Positions 18,973 to 28,190 are shown, counted from the stretch's first letter. The stretch: DNA of 64,000 nucleotides from an uncultured Candidatus Rokubacteria bacterium (GCA_963805625.1 CAWDVE010000013.1:576001-640000), one strand, 5' to 3'. Notes: generated by a model not told the origin, from the letters alone. A program made the numbers and translations.

Positions 18973-19407
18973 GTGAGCCTCTACCTCGACACGAGCTGCT
19001 TGCTGAAGACGCTCTTCCCCGAGCCCGAAGCCGAGCGGGTGATGCGGCTCGTCGCCGCCGAGGAACACGTCGTCGTGTCTACCCTGGCGCGCCTGGAGAC
19101 GCTGGTCCAGATATACGCGAGGGGCGCCGGCGGCCTCCTCGAGGACACCGCCGTGCGGTCGCTCGCCGCCCGCCTCGAAGCCGTCCTCCGCCAGGCGCCC
19201 TACGAGGTCGTTCGGACGCCGGCGGAGGTGGTGGACGTGGCCGAGAGACACCTGCGGTCGCTCCCGCGAGAGGCCCACTGTCCGACGTCGGACCGGCTGC
19301 ATCTGGCGGTGATGAGGTCGCTCGATGTGCGCCGCCTCCTCACCAACGACGATGCCCAGGCCCGCGCGGCCCGAGCGCTGGGGTTCGCCGTGATCGTTCC
19401 GCGCTGA
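18973..19407 (+). CDS. vapC: VapC PIN-domain toxin
   Basis: 'LYLDTSCLLK', 'SDRLHLA', 'LLTNDDAQARAARALGF'. Confidence 0.87.
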   Translation: MSLYLDTSCLLKTLFPEPEAERVMRLVAAEEHVVVSTLARLETLVQIYARGAGGLLEDTAVRSLAARLEAVLRQAPYEVVRTPAEVVDVAERHLRSLPREAHCPTSDRLHLAVMRSLDVRRLLTNDDAQARAARALGFAVIVPR

Positions 19408-19413
19408 TCGGCG

Positions 19414-20535
19414 CTACGCGCCCCGGAGCTTCAGCAGCGCCACCGTCGCGACGGGGCGCGCGAAGCCCTTGAGGGCGAGATCCCCCACCAGCTCGGCCTC
19501 GATGAGGTCCTCGACCGCCGCCACCACACGCTTGGTGGCGAGCACCTGGCCGGGCCGCGCCTCGCTGCACAGGCGGAAGGCGACATTGGTCACGCTGCCG
19601 ATCGCGCCGTAGTCCCATCGACCCTCGAACCCGATGGCGCCGATGGTGGCGAATCCCTTCGCGAGCCCGAGGCCGACGTCGAGCTCGTAGCCCCGCTTGC
19701 GCCAGCCGGCCGCGAGCTCGGTGACGCGGTCCCGCATGGCGAGCGCCATCCGGACGGCGCGCTCGTCCGGGTTCGGGACGACCACCGGGTCGTTGAAGAA
19801 GACCATCATGCCGTCGCCGGCGAAGCGCTCCAGCGTCCCCTCGTGCGCCACGACGAGCGTGCCCATCTCGTGGTGGTACTCGCGGAGGACGCCCATCACC
19901 TCTTCCGGCTCGGCCGTCTCGGCGAAGGCCGTGTAGCCGCGCAGGTCGAGGAAGACGACCGTGACGTCGCGGCGGTGGGTGCGGAGCGGGTCGTCGGCTC
20001 CCCCGGACACGATCAGCTCCGCCAGCTGCGGCGAGAAGAAGCGCTTGAGCTTCGAGAGCCGCTCGAGCTGGCCGACCTGGTCCGTGACCCGCTGCTCGAG
20101 CGTCTGGTTCAGCTCGGCGAGCTGCGCCGACTGGGCCTCGACCGTGTCGTAGAGCTCCTTGATCCGGAGGAGCGACCGCACGCGCGCGAGCAGCTCGGGC
20201 AGGTTGATCGGCTTGGTGAGGAAGTCGTCCGCCCCCGCCTCCAGCCCCTTGATCCGCTCCGAGGACGGGTCGAGCGCCGTGACCATCACCACCGGCATGA
20301 TCCCGGTCGTGCCGGCGGCCCGGATCCGCTGGCACACCTCGTAGCCGCTCATGCCCGGCATGACGACGTCCAGGAGGACGAGGTCCGGCCGCTCGGCCTC
20401 GACCTTCGCGAGGGCCTCGGCGCCGGACGCCGCCGTCACCACCGCGTAGCCCTTCACCGTCAGGAGGTCGGCGAGGAGCTTGACGTTCTGGGGGGTGTCG
20501 TCGACGACGAGGATCTTGGCGGGCGCGGACGCCAT
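19414..20535 (-). CDS. Response regulator fused to a class III nucleotide (adenylate/guanylate) cyclase
   Basis: REC 'ILVVDD..LLDVVMP..VTA..LTKP'; cyclase 'VVFLDLRGYT..ERFAGDG..GAIGSVTNVAFRLC'. Confidence 0.92.
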   Translation of the reverse strand: MASAPAKILVVDDTPQNVKLLADLLTVKGYAVVTAASGAEALAKVEAERPDLVLLDVVMPGMSGYEVCQRIRAAGTTGIMPVVMVTALDPSSERIKGLEAGADDFLTKPINLPELLARVRSLLRIKELYDTVEAQSAQLAELNQTLEQRVTDQVGQLERLSKLKRFFSPQLAELIVSGGADDPLRTHRRDVTVVFLDLRGYTAFAETAEPEEVMGVLREYHHEMGTLVVAHEGTLERFAGDGMMVFFNDPVVVPNPDERAVRMALAMRDRVTELAAGWRKRGYELDVGLGLAKGFATIGAIGFEGRWDYGAIGSVTNVAFRLCSEARPGQVLATKRVVAAVEDLIEAELVGDLALKGFARPVATVALLKLRGA

Positions 20536-20924
20536 CAGGCGCCTCCCCGGGGGCCGGCCGCCAGGACCCCCGCCACCAGCTGGATGAAGCCCTTCACGTC
20601 GATCGGCTTCGACTGGTAGGCGTCGAAGCCGGCGGCCAGGATCCGCTGCCGGTCCTGTGTCATGGCGGAGGCCGTGACGGCGACGATGGGAATGTGGCGG
20701 GTGCGCGGGTCGGCCCGGAGGTGGCCGAGGGCGTCGATCCCGTTCATGCCCGGCAGCTGGATGTCCATCAGGATGAGCGCCGGCTGGGACTCCCGCGCCA
20801 GCTCGAGACCGAGCTCCGCCGTCTCCGCCTCGAGCGTGCGGTAGCCCTTGAACTGGAGCACGTCCCGCACCAGCTTCCGGTTCTTCTCGTTGTCCTCGAC
20901 GATCAGGATCAGCTCGCCGGCCAT
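20535..20924 (-). CDS. Single-domain response regulator (DivK-like)
   Basis: 'MAGELILIVEDNEKNRKLVRDVL..LILMDIQLPGMNG..VTASAM..YQSKPID'. Confidence 0.92.
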   Translation of the reverse strand: MAGELILIVEDNEKNRKLVRDVLQFKGYRTLEAETAELGLELARESQPALILMDIQLPGMNGIDALGHLRADPRTRHIPIVAVTASAMTQDRQRILAAGFDAYQSKPIDVKGFIQLVAGVLAAGPRGGA

Positions 20925-23900
20925 GGCCTCACGGGTAGGTTGAAGGTGAAGGTCGAGCCATCCCCGAGGCGGCTCTTGACCCAGATCCGTCCGCCGTGGA
21001 GATCGATGAACCGCCGCGCGAGGGCGAGCCCGAGCCCCGTCCCCTCGCGCTTTCGCGCGTAGTCCGTGCCCACCTGGCGGAACTCCTGGAAGATCGCCTC
21101 CTGGTCCTCGGGCGCGATCCCGATCCCGGTGTCGGACACCGAGATCTCCACCGCGCCGTCGGCCGGCACCGCGCGCACGGCGACGCGCCCCCCCTCCGGG
21201 GTGAACTTGACGGCATTGGACAGGAGGTTCAGGAGCACCTGCCGGATCTTCCGCTCGTCGCCCACGAACGGCCCGAGCCGGTCGTCGACCGACACGTCGA
21301 GCGCGAGCCCGTGGCGGGTCGCCCGCTCGCGGACCAGGATGACGGCGCTGCCGATCGCCGCCGGGAGGTCGAAGCGCGAGAGGTCGAGCTCCATCCGCCC
21401 CGCCTCGACCTTCGAGAGATCGAGGATGTCGTTGATGAGGGCGAGGAGATGGCGGCCCGAGGAGAGGATGTCCTGGATGTACTCGGCCTGCTTGTCGTTG
21501 AGCTCGCCGAACATGCGCTCCCCGAGGACCTCGGAGAAGCCGATGATCGCGTTGAGCGGCGTGCGGAGCTCGTGCGACATGTTCGCGAGGAACTCGGACT
21601 TGTGGCGGCTGGCCGCCTCGAGCTCCCGGCTCTTGTCCTCCAGCTCGCTGAAGAGCCGGGCGTTCTGGATCGCGATGGCGGACTGGGCGGCGAGCGTCTT
21701 CAGGAGGTCGACGACCTCGGGGGCGAAGCGTCCCGGATTCTTCCGGGCCACCACGAGACCGCCCAGGACGCGGCCCTCCCGGACCAGCGGCACCGCGAGG
21801 ACCGCCCGCAGGCCCGATCGCGTCATCGCGTCGCGCAGCCGGCTCTCGTACGCGCCGGGGTCCAGGATGTCCGGGATCTCCACCGGCTGCCGGGTGACGG
21901 CGACCCGCCCGACCGCGCCCTCCCCGATGGGGATCGGGGCCGCGCGCAGGACCGTCACGAGCTCGGGGTCGAAGCGCTGCGTCGCGCGCAGGTGGAACAC
22001 CCGCTGCGCCTCGTCGTACTCGTAGATGCCGCCGCCGTCGGCGCCGGCCAGGAGGTCGGCGCGCGACACGATGGTCGTCAGCACCGTCTCGACGTCGAGC
22101 GTCGAGCTGACCGCCTGGCCGACCGCGCCGAGCGCCTGGAGCTGCTCGACGGAGCGCGCGAGGTCCTGCGTGCGCGCCTGCAGCTCCTGGAAGAGCCGGG
22201 CGTTCTCGATCGCGATGACCGCCTGGCTGGCGAAGGTGGACACGAGCTGGATCTGCTTGTCCGTGAACGGGCGGATCTCGCGCCGGTACATCATGATCGA
22301 GCCGATCATCTGGCCCTCCCGCACCAGCGGCACGCCGAGGACGGTCCGGACTCTCTCCGTCCGGACGATCTCCTCGAGCTGCGGGTCCTGCATGACCGCG
22401 GTCGTCGTGACGTCCTCGATGTGCACGGGGTGCCAAGGGCCCTCCGGCCGGAACATGGGCCGGCCTACGCGATAATCTCGGGTCCGGAGAAGCTCCGCGA
22501 ACACCGGCCCCACCCCGCGCCACGCCGCGGCGTCGAACGTCTCGCCTTCCAGCCGGAAGACCGCGCCGAGCTGCGACTCAGAGAGCGCGCAGGCCTTGTC
22601 GAGGATGGTGTCGAAGACGGGGGCAAGGTCGGTCGGCGAGCTCGAGATGACCCCGAGGATCTCCGCCGTCGCGGTCTGCTGCTCGAGCGCCTCGCTGAGG
22701 TCGACATTCCGCCGCTCGAGCTCCTGGAACAGGCGCACGTTCTCGATTGCGATCACGGCCTGAGCGGCGAACGTCTGCAGGAGCTGGACCTGCTTCTCGG
22801 TGAACGGCACCACCTCGGCGCGACGGATCAAGATCGCGCCGATGGGGACCCCCTCCCGCAGGAGCGGCGTCGCGAGGGTCGTGCGGTGGCCGTAGCGCCG
22901 GGCCATGTCTCGACCCCGAGGATACTCGTCGCCGGCGGCCGCCAGATCGGGCACGTGGATGGGACGCCGATCCACTACCGCGCGGCCGGTCACCCAGTCG
23001 CGCCCGATCCGGTAGTCGTCAGTCGGGTCGGCCTTCGGGATCGGGCCGTAGCCCGCCTCGTGGCGAAGGGTTTCACCGTCCACGCGGAAGATGACCGCGT
23101 CACGCGCCGCGCAGACGCGCGCGGCGTTCTCGGCCACCGCGTCCAGGACGGGCTGGATGTCCGTCGGCGAGCTCGAGATGACCCGCAGGATCTCCGCCGT
23201 GGCGGTCTGCTGATCGAGGGCCTCGCTGAGCTCGCGCGTCCGGTCCTCGACCTTGTGCTCGAGGTTGGCGTACGACTCCTGGAGGTGGGCCGCCATGCGG
23301 TTGAACTGGTCGGCGAGCCCCTCGAGCTCGTCGCCCGTCTTCACGTCGATCCGCTGGTCGAGCGCGCCCGCCCCGATCCGCTCCGCGCCCGCCTGGAGCG
23401 CCCGGATCGGCGTCGTCATGCGCCGGGCCAACAGGAGGCTCGCCAGCATCGAGAGCGCGACGCCGGCGATGAGCAGGCCGACGGTGCGGTACGCCGAGGC
23501 ATAGAGGGGCGCGAGGGCCTCGCCGAGGGGCTGCTCCACGAAGACCCACCAGCCGAGCGGCGAGATCGGCGCCGATGCCGTCAGGACCTGGCGCCCGCCG
23601 GAGTCCTGGGCCACGGTCATCTCCCGGTCCGGCGAGCCCGGCGCCGGCGGGCCGGCCAGCGCCGTCCGGACCTGATCGAGCCGCGAGAGGTCGGTCTTCT
23701 GAAGGACGAGGCTGATGTCCGGGTGGGCGACGAGCTGACCCCGGCCGTCCACGACGTAGGCGCGTCCCGTCGACCCGATCCGGATCTGGGAGACGACGTC
23801 CCAGATGAACTTCAGGTTGACCTCGGCGACGGTCACGCCCGCGTCGCCGCCGCCGGCCACCGAGAGCGTGAGGTAGGGCTCGGACTCCTTCCGGAAGTAG

Positions 23901-24355
23901 ACGGGCCCGAAGTACGGCCGGCCCGGCCGCGCCTCCTTGAAGCGCGGATCGGTGGAGAAGTCGGCCTGGCTGCCCACCACGTCCATTGCCAGACGGGAAA
24001 CGCGCAGCTGTTCCCGGCCCGCGGTGTCGAGCTGGCTCACTTCGGTGACCGCGGGCGCCTGGCGCTGGAGGCGGATGAACTCGAAGCGCCGCTGCTCGAT
24101 CGTCTGCCGGGTGCCGACCTGGCCCTGGCTCGCCCATCCCACCTGGCGCTCGATGTCGCGGACGAAGGCGTCGATGCGCGCGGCGGCCCCGGCCGCCTGC
24201 TCCCGCTGGAGCGACACCACGGCCGCCAGGTTCTCGCGATAGGAGAAGTAGAGCTCGACGAGGCCGCTGGTGAGCAAGGCGCCGCTCACCAGGATCGCGA
24301 AGAGCACGACGTACTTCCAGAACAGCCGGCCTCGCGGCCGCACGGGTGGCGGCAT
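20909..24355 (-). CDS. Sensor histidine kinase (Cache-HAMP-GAFx3-HisKA-HATPase)
   Basis: Two TM helices, HAMP 'DELEGLADQFNRM', three GAF repeats ending 'AQAVIAIENxRLF', H-box 'FLANMSHELRTPLNAIIGFSE', and N/G1/G2 boxes. Confidence 0.95.
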   Translation of the reverse strand: MPPPVRPRGRLFWKYVVLFAILVSGALLTSGLVELYFSYRENLAAVVSLQREQAAGAAARIDAFVRDIERQVGWASQGQVGTRQTIEQRRFEFIRLQRQAPAVTEVSQLDTAGREQLRVSRLAMDVVGSQADFSTDPRFKEARPGRPYFGPVYFRKESEPYLTLSVAGGGDAGVTVAEVNLKFIWDVVSQIRIGSTGRAYVVDGRGQLVAHPDISLVLQKTDLSRLDQVRTALAGPPAPGSPDREMTVAQDSGGRQVLTASAPISPLGWWVFVEQPLGEALAPLYASAYRTVGLLIAGVALSMLASLLLARRMTTPIRALQAGAERIGAGALDQRIDVKTGDELEGLADQFNRMAAHLQESYANLEHKVEDRTRELSEALDQQTATAEILRVISSSPTDIQPVLDAVAENAARVCAARDAVIFRVDGETLRHEAGYGPIPKADPTDDYRIGRDWVTGRAVVDRRPIHVPDLAAAGDEYPRGRDMARRYGHRTTLATPLLREGVPIGAILIRRAEVVPFTEKQVQLLQTFAAQAVIAIENVRLFQELERRNVDLSEALEQQTATAEILGVISSSPTDLAPVFDTILDKACALSESQLGAVFRLEGETFDAAAWRGVGPVFAELLRTRDYRVGRPMFRPEGPWHPVHIEDVTTTAVMQDPQLEEIVRTERVRTVLGVPLVREGQMIGSIMMYRREIRPFTDKQIQLVSTFASQAVIAIENARLFQELQARTQDLARSVEQLQALGAVGQAVSSTLDVETVLTTIVSRADLLAGADGGGIYEYDEAQRVFHLRATQRFDPELVTVLRAAPIPIGEGAVGRVAVTRQPVEIPDILDPGAYESRLRDAMTRSGLRAVLAVPLVREGRVLGGLVVARKNPGRFAPEVVDLLKTLAAQSAIAIQNARLFSELEDKSRELEAASRHKSEFLANMSHELRTPLNAIIGFSEVLGERMFGELNDKQAEYIQDILSSGRHLLALINDILDLSKVEAGRMELDLSRFDLPAAIGSAVILVRERATRHGLALDVSVDDRLGPFVGDERKIRQVLLNLLSNAVKFTPEGGRVAVRAVPADGAVEISVSDTGIGIAPEDQEAIFQEFRQVGTDYARKREGTGLGLALARRFIDLHGGRIWVKSRLGDGSTFTFNLPVRPWPAS

Positions 24356-24516
24356 CCCCCCTCCGCGGAGTCAGTCGGGTGGCTCGGTGGCGGGCCCATT
24401 CTAGCGCGGACCGCCGGCTGGCCACGATGGCCGCGGGCGGGGCGCCGGCGCCGCCCGCCGGGCGGAGAGGAGGGCGCCGGCTGGCCGGCTGGACGCCGGG
24501 CGAGGGCGGATTCCGC

Positions 24517-24807
24517 CTACTTGGCCGTCGGCTGCCCCACCCGCACGATGCTACAGCCGTAGAGGTATCCGAAGAGATGGGTGTGGCCGCGACGGTCCCG
24601 GCGACGCCGGTCGTCGACGAGCGCGCCCGGGCTCTGCCGCCGCACCGCCTGCCGCCGGTCGACGATGACGTCGATCCCGCTCCCCGCGAGCATGCCCGCC
24701 AAGTAGTCGACCCGCGACGGCAGGCGGGGCGGGACCACGATCAGGAGGCGCCCAGCCACTCCATCGCTCGAGCTCCCCTCGTGATGCGGGGCACGCGGAT
24801 CGTCCAT
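24517..24807 (-). CDS. Small hypothetical protein with tandem (D/E)RR motifs, paralogue A (96 aa)
   Basis: ATG at 24807 with a GGAGG RBS; 'LLIVVPP...LAGSGIDVIVDRRQAVRR...DDRRRRDRR...GYLYGCSIVRV'; homologous to 27776-28123. Confidence 0.75.
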   Translation of the reverse strand: MDDPRAPHHEGSSSDGVAGRLLIVVPPRLPSRVDYLAGMLAGSGIDVIVDRRQAVRRQSPGALVDDRRRRDRRGHTHLFGYLYGCSIVRVGQPTAK

Positions 24808-24819
24808 CGCCCGTTCCTC

Positions 24820-24855
24820 CAACATTCTCGGCAACATTCTCGGCAACATTCTCGG
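24820..24855. repeat. 12-bp tandem repeat (CAACATTCTCGG)x3
   Basis: Three exact copies immediately upstream of the RBS of 24517-24807. Confidence 0.9.
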
Positions 24856-24999
24856 TCCCATCATGGAGTTCGACAGGCAGGGAGCTGAAATGAATCCCGG
24901 GAAAGGCCGCAGATGCAGGGGCACGTAAAGGGAGTCCCGCGTGGAGTGGAGGCAATCACACTGTAACTACTACACGCAGCCTCCTGGTCCTGTCACCAG

Positions 25000-25026
25000 G
25001 CAAGAGATTGCTATGCAATCTCTTGC
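25000..25026. promoter_or_regulatory. Perfect inverted repeat GCAAGAGATTGC-TAT-GCAATCTCTTGC (operator/enhancer or terminator hairpin)
   Basis: 12-bp arms with a 3-nt spacer, lying between the bEBP stop and the DRR paralogue A start. Confidence 0.6.
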
Positions 25027-25080
25027 ACATCTGGGATCGGGATGACTCGAGCGGGACGGCCGGTGAGGCCGATGCGCCCC

Positions 25081-26214
25081 CTAATCAGGAGGGGGACCTT
25101 TGGGAGGGGTAAGTCCACACTCGGTCAACTTGTTGAGGAGCGTCTTGTAGGAGACCTTCAGGATGCGCGCAGCTACCGTTCGGTTCCAGCGTACCCGCTC
25201 CAGAACCTCGGCGAGGGCCTTCCGCTCCGCATCCCGGGCTGCCCGACGCGCGATGGCCTTGAGGTCGAACAGGCCAGCCAGGGACTGGTCGGTCGCGGCC
25301 GCGGCTGGGCTCCCGGCGCGCCCGGGGTCGGGCGTCGCCGGAGCCGGCGCGGGGTCAGCGCTGGACGTCTGGATCCGTGCCAGCAGCTCCCGGTGAGCCC
25401 GGCGCGGGTCCCCGAGAACAACCAGGCGGCGAACAAAGTTCTCCAATTCGCGCACATTGCCGGGCCATGCGTAATCGCCCATGAGCGTTACGGTCTCGGC
25501 AGGCAACTCCGCCTCACGGGCATACTGAGTGTTGAACCGGGCAAGGAAGAATTGGGCCAACCCGGGGATGGCCTCCACGCGCTCGCGCAACGGGGGGACG
25601 TGCATCTCGACGACGTTGAGCCGGTAGTAGAGATCCTCGCGAAACTCACCGACTTGGATCGCGGCCTCGAGATCGCGGTTCGTGGTGGCGATCAGCCGGA
25701 CGTCCGCGTGGATCAGCTCCCGACCACCGACGCGCGTGAACTGAAGGTCCTGAAGGACGTGGAGAAGCTTCGCCTGGAGGGGACGTGGCATCTCCCCGAT
25801 CTCGTCGAGGCACAGCGTCCCGCCGCCGGCGAACTCGAAGCGGCCGGGCTTTCGGCGGTAGGCGCCGGTGAACGCTCCCTTCTCGTGGCCGAACAGCTCG
25901 GACTCGAGGAGCCCGCCCGGCAGCGCGGCACAGTTGACCAGCACGAACGGCCCGTCACGCCGCCTCGAGGCCGCATGGATGGCGCGCGCAACCAGGTTCT
26001 TGCCGACCCCGCTCTCGCCGCGGATCAGGACCGTCGCGTCCGTGCGGGCGACCTCGCGAATCACCTCGAGCAAGGCCCGCATCCGCGGGCCCAGGCCGAA
26101 CAGCGGGAGGTACTCGTCGAGGCTCCGAACGCCCGATTCTGATTCGGGTGCGGATGCCTCCGGCCCATCCGGGACCGCGCGAGCGCGTGAACCGCGCGCA
26201 GCGCCCTTTTTCAT
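25081..26214 (-). CDS. Sigma54-dependent Fis-family activator lacking an N-terminal sensory/REC domain
   Basis: [52 protein letters not shown]-terminal HTH; only about 30-40 aa precede the AAA+ domain (alternative GTG start at 26238). Confidence 0.92.
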   Translation of the reverse strand: MKKGAARGSRARAVPDGPEASAPESESGVRSLDEYLPLFGLGPRMRALLEVIREVARTDATVLIRGESGVGKNLVARAIHAASRRRDGPFVLVNCAALPGGLLESELFGHEKGAFTGAYRRKPGRFEFAGGGTLCLDEIGEMPRPLQAKLLHVLQDLQFTRVGGRELIHADVRLIATTNRDLEAAIQVGEFREDLYYRLNVVEMHVPPLRERVEAIPGLAQFFLARFNTQYAREAELPAETVTLMGDYAWPGNVRELENFVRRLVVLGDPRRAHRELLARIQTSSADPAPAPATPDPGRAGSPAAAATDQSLAGLFDLKAIARRAARDAERKALAEVLERVRWNRTVAARILKVSYKTLLNKLTECGLTPPKGPPPD

Positions 26215-26320
26215 CAAGAACTCGCCCTCATCCGGCACGTTGGTTGGGTTGTGCAGACACTCCTCTTACCTTATTCTCATATCATCTAATTGCATATTTT
26301 TCTGTTCTAATGATAAGCTC

Positions 26321-26373
26321 AGGGAGCGTTCAATCGGGAGGGGCAGTCTGGAGGGACCGTTTCAATCGGGAGG
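26321..26373 (+). repeat. Imperfect 21/22-bp direct repeat upstream of the lone REC gene
   Basis: AGGGAGCGTTCAATCGGGAGG (26321-26341) and AGGGACCGTTTCAATCGGGAGG (26352-26373), preceded by an AT-rich tract at about 26261-26315. Confidence 0.75.
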
Positions 26374-26377
26374 CACG

Positions 26378-26737
26378 ATGCACATCGTGATCATCGACGA
26401 CGAGATTGTCGTGGCCGAAACCCTCGCCGAGGCGGTCAGAGGGCAAGGGCACACCGCGGCCGTCGCCCGCTCCGGCTCGGAAGGACTGGCTCTGCTCGCC
26501 GAGAAGACGCCCGATGCCGTGTTCCTGGATCTGGTCATGCCTGGATTGAGCGGTGTGGAGCTGCTGCGGGAGATCCGGCGCGGCAATCCGGAGCTGCCGA
26601 TCGTCGTGGTCACGGGCTGGGCGGGACCCAAGGATCTCGATGAGGTCAGGCGCCTGGGGGTGACCGACATCGTCGAGAAACCTTGGGCGCTCAAGTACGT
26701 CGACGAGGCACTCCGAACCATCGGAGCCAATGAATGA
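26378..26737 (+). CDS. Single-domain response regulator
   Basis: 'MHIVIIDDE..PDAVFLDLVMPGLSG..VVVTG..VEKPW'; all canonical REC residues are present. Confidence 0.92.
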   Translation: MHIVIIDDEIVVAETLAEAVRGQGHTAAVARSGSEGLALLAEKTPDAVFLDLVMPGLSGVELLREIRRGNPELPIVVVTGWAGPKDLDEVRRLGVTDIVEKPWALKYVDEALRTIGANE

Positions 26738-26769
26738 GTGTTCGGCGCCCTGCGCCCGCAGTGGCGCGG

Positions 26770-26941
26770 ACGCGACAGCTCTGAGAGCATTCGCCTCACG
26801 GAGTAGCGCCGTCCGATCGGGGGCAGTCATCGGATAGCAGCTCGCCCCCACGCTCACCGACACGATCTGCCGTCCCCGAACGAAGCGCCGCCCTTCCGGC
26901 AACGGGGCGTTCGCGGCCCGATCAAGAATCCTGGCAAGCAT
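26770..26941 (-). pseudogene. C-terminal relic of a GGDEF-like domain
   Basis: 'VSVSVGASCYPMTAPDRTALLREANA' resembles the GGDEF C-terminal 'T.S.GVA.YP......LL..AD'; no GG(D/E)EF motif is nearby. Confidence 0.45.
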
Positions 26942-27049
26942 TCCTGGCTCGGTATCGACCAGGAGCAGGGCGAGGATCTCCCGCGACAGCCTCGTGGCGA
27001 CGAACCTCTACACGGTCTGCTACGGGGCCGCGACGCCGGTACCTGCAGA

Positions 27050-27584
27050 ATGGTCGAGTTCAGCGCGCCGAGCTTCAGCGCGGCGGAGAACGTGAGTCCA
27101 GCCAAAACATCCCGGTGCGCCGCGCGGGAGACCTGACCGGAACCGTCACGGTCAACCTCACGACGAGCAACGGGACGGCCCAGCAGGGTCAGGACTATTC
27201 GAACGCCAGCCAGCTGGTGACCCTCGGGCCCAACGTCGCCAGCGCGGTCGTCGGCGTGCCGATCGTCAACAACGGGACCCGCAGGACCCCCGCACGGTGC
27301 TCCTCAGCCTCACCGGCCCTGGCGGCGGGGCCACGCTCGGGCCGCTCAGCACGGCCGTGCTCACGATCAACACGACGACCCGCGGGTCCGCTTCAGCAGT
27401 ACGACGCCGATCAGGTACGCTCACGTTCGGCACCAACGAGACGAGCAAGACGTTCACGGTGCCGGTGCATACGAATGCGGGATCCGCGGCGAACAAGTCC
27501 GTGACCCTGACGCTATCGAGCCCGTCGACCGGGGCCACCCTGGGCGCGCCTAGCCCGGCGACACTCCGGAGCGTGAGCGACTGA
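27050..27584 (+). pseudogene. Fragmented Calx-beta repeat gene
   Basis: 'VEFSAPSFSAAEN', 'TVTVNLTTSNGTAQQGQDY', 'GTLTFGTNETSKTFTVPV', 'LTLSSPSTGATLGAPSPATL' spread over several frames; no signal peptide. Confidence 0.75.
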
Positions 27585-27775
27585 GCCCGGTCCAGGGTGT
27601 GATGTTCAGCGCCGGCCCTGGGCGGGAGGCTTCGCTCGTCAGCTGGCCGAAGCCTCGACGGCAGGTTGAGCAGACTCGGCAGGAGCTGCGGCGGCTTCGC
27701 CACGGTGGGCGCCGAGGCGGCGAGCCGCGGTGTGTAACGTGTGGCGCCGGCGACCGGGCGGCGCGTCTTGGCGTT

Positions 27776-28123
27776 TTAGCTTTCCGGCCACCGTCCGGAA
27801 CCGCCCCGGTGGAACTGCAGCACGGATCCTTCGAACCCCCCGCTCGCACGCGGCTCTCTCGCCGGGGACTCCGCGGGCCCGCCAACGGTTGTGGGCACTC
27901 CCACCGCGACGACCGGGCACGCGTAGACGTACGCCACGACTCGTGTCGCGGCACGGCGATCGCGGTGGCGCCGCTCCGCGGCGGCCGCCTGACGGGCACG
28001 CCGACGGTCTCCCTGACGTCGGTCGACGATGACGCGAATGGTACTCCCCGCCAGCACGTCCTTGAGGGTAGCCGCCCGCGATGAAAGGTCGCGCGGCACG
28101 ATGACCACGAGGTTGAGATCCAT
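27776..28123 (-). CDS. Small hypothetical protein with tandem (D/E)RR motifs, paralogue B (115 aa)
   Basis: 'LVVIVPRDL...LAGSTIRVIVDRRQGDRRR...ERRHRDRR...AYVYACPVVAV'. Confidence 0.75.
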   Translation of the reverse strand: MDLNLVVIVPRDLSSRAATLKDVLAGSTIRVIVDRRQGDRRRARQAAAAERRHRDRRAATRVVAYVYACPVVAVGVPTTVGGPAESPAREPRASGGFEGSVLQFHRGGSGRWPES

Positions 28124-28174
28124 CTTCGGCGCGCATACGCTCCGTTCCACGCGGTCTCTCCCGACGGAGTCCCC

Positions 28175-28190
28175 AGCAAGTTTGTCGCCA
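28175..28190 (-). promoter_or_regulatory. Sigma54 (-24/-12) promoter for DRR paralogue B
   Basis: TGGCGACAAACTTGCT with exact GG-N10-GC spacing, about 50 nt upstream of the ATG at 28123. Confidence 0.7.

Noticed and set aside
20996-24562. Long antisense ORFs (also 8819-11416, 2995-4884, 15903-17810, 31495-33825, 59379-60866)
   Set aside because: These are antisense shadows of well-supported genes in high-GC DNA, with no domain motifs.
26232-26248. Sigma54 promoter for the lone REC gene (CGGCACGTTGGTTGG)
   Set aside because: The -12 dinucleotide is GG rather than GC.
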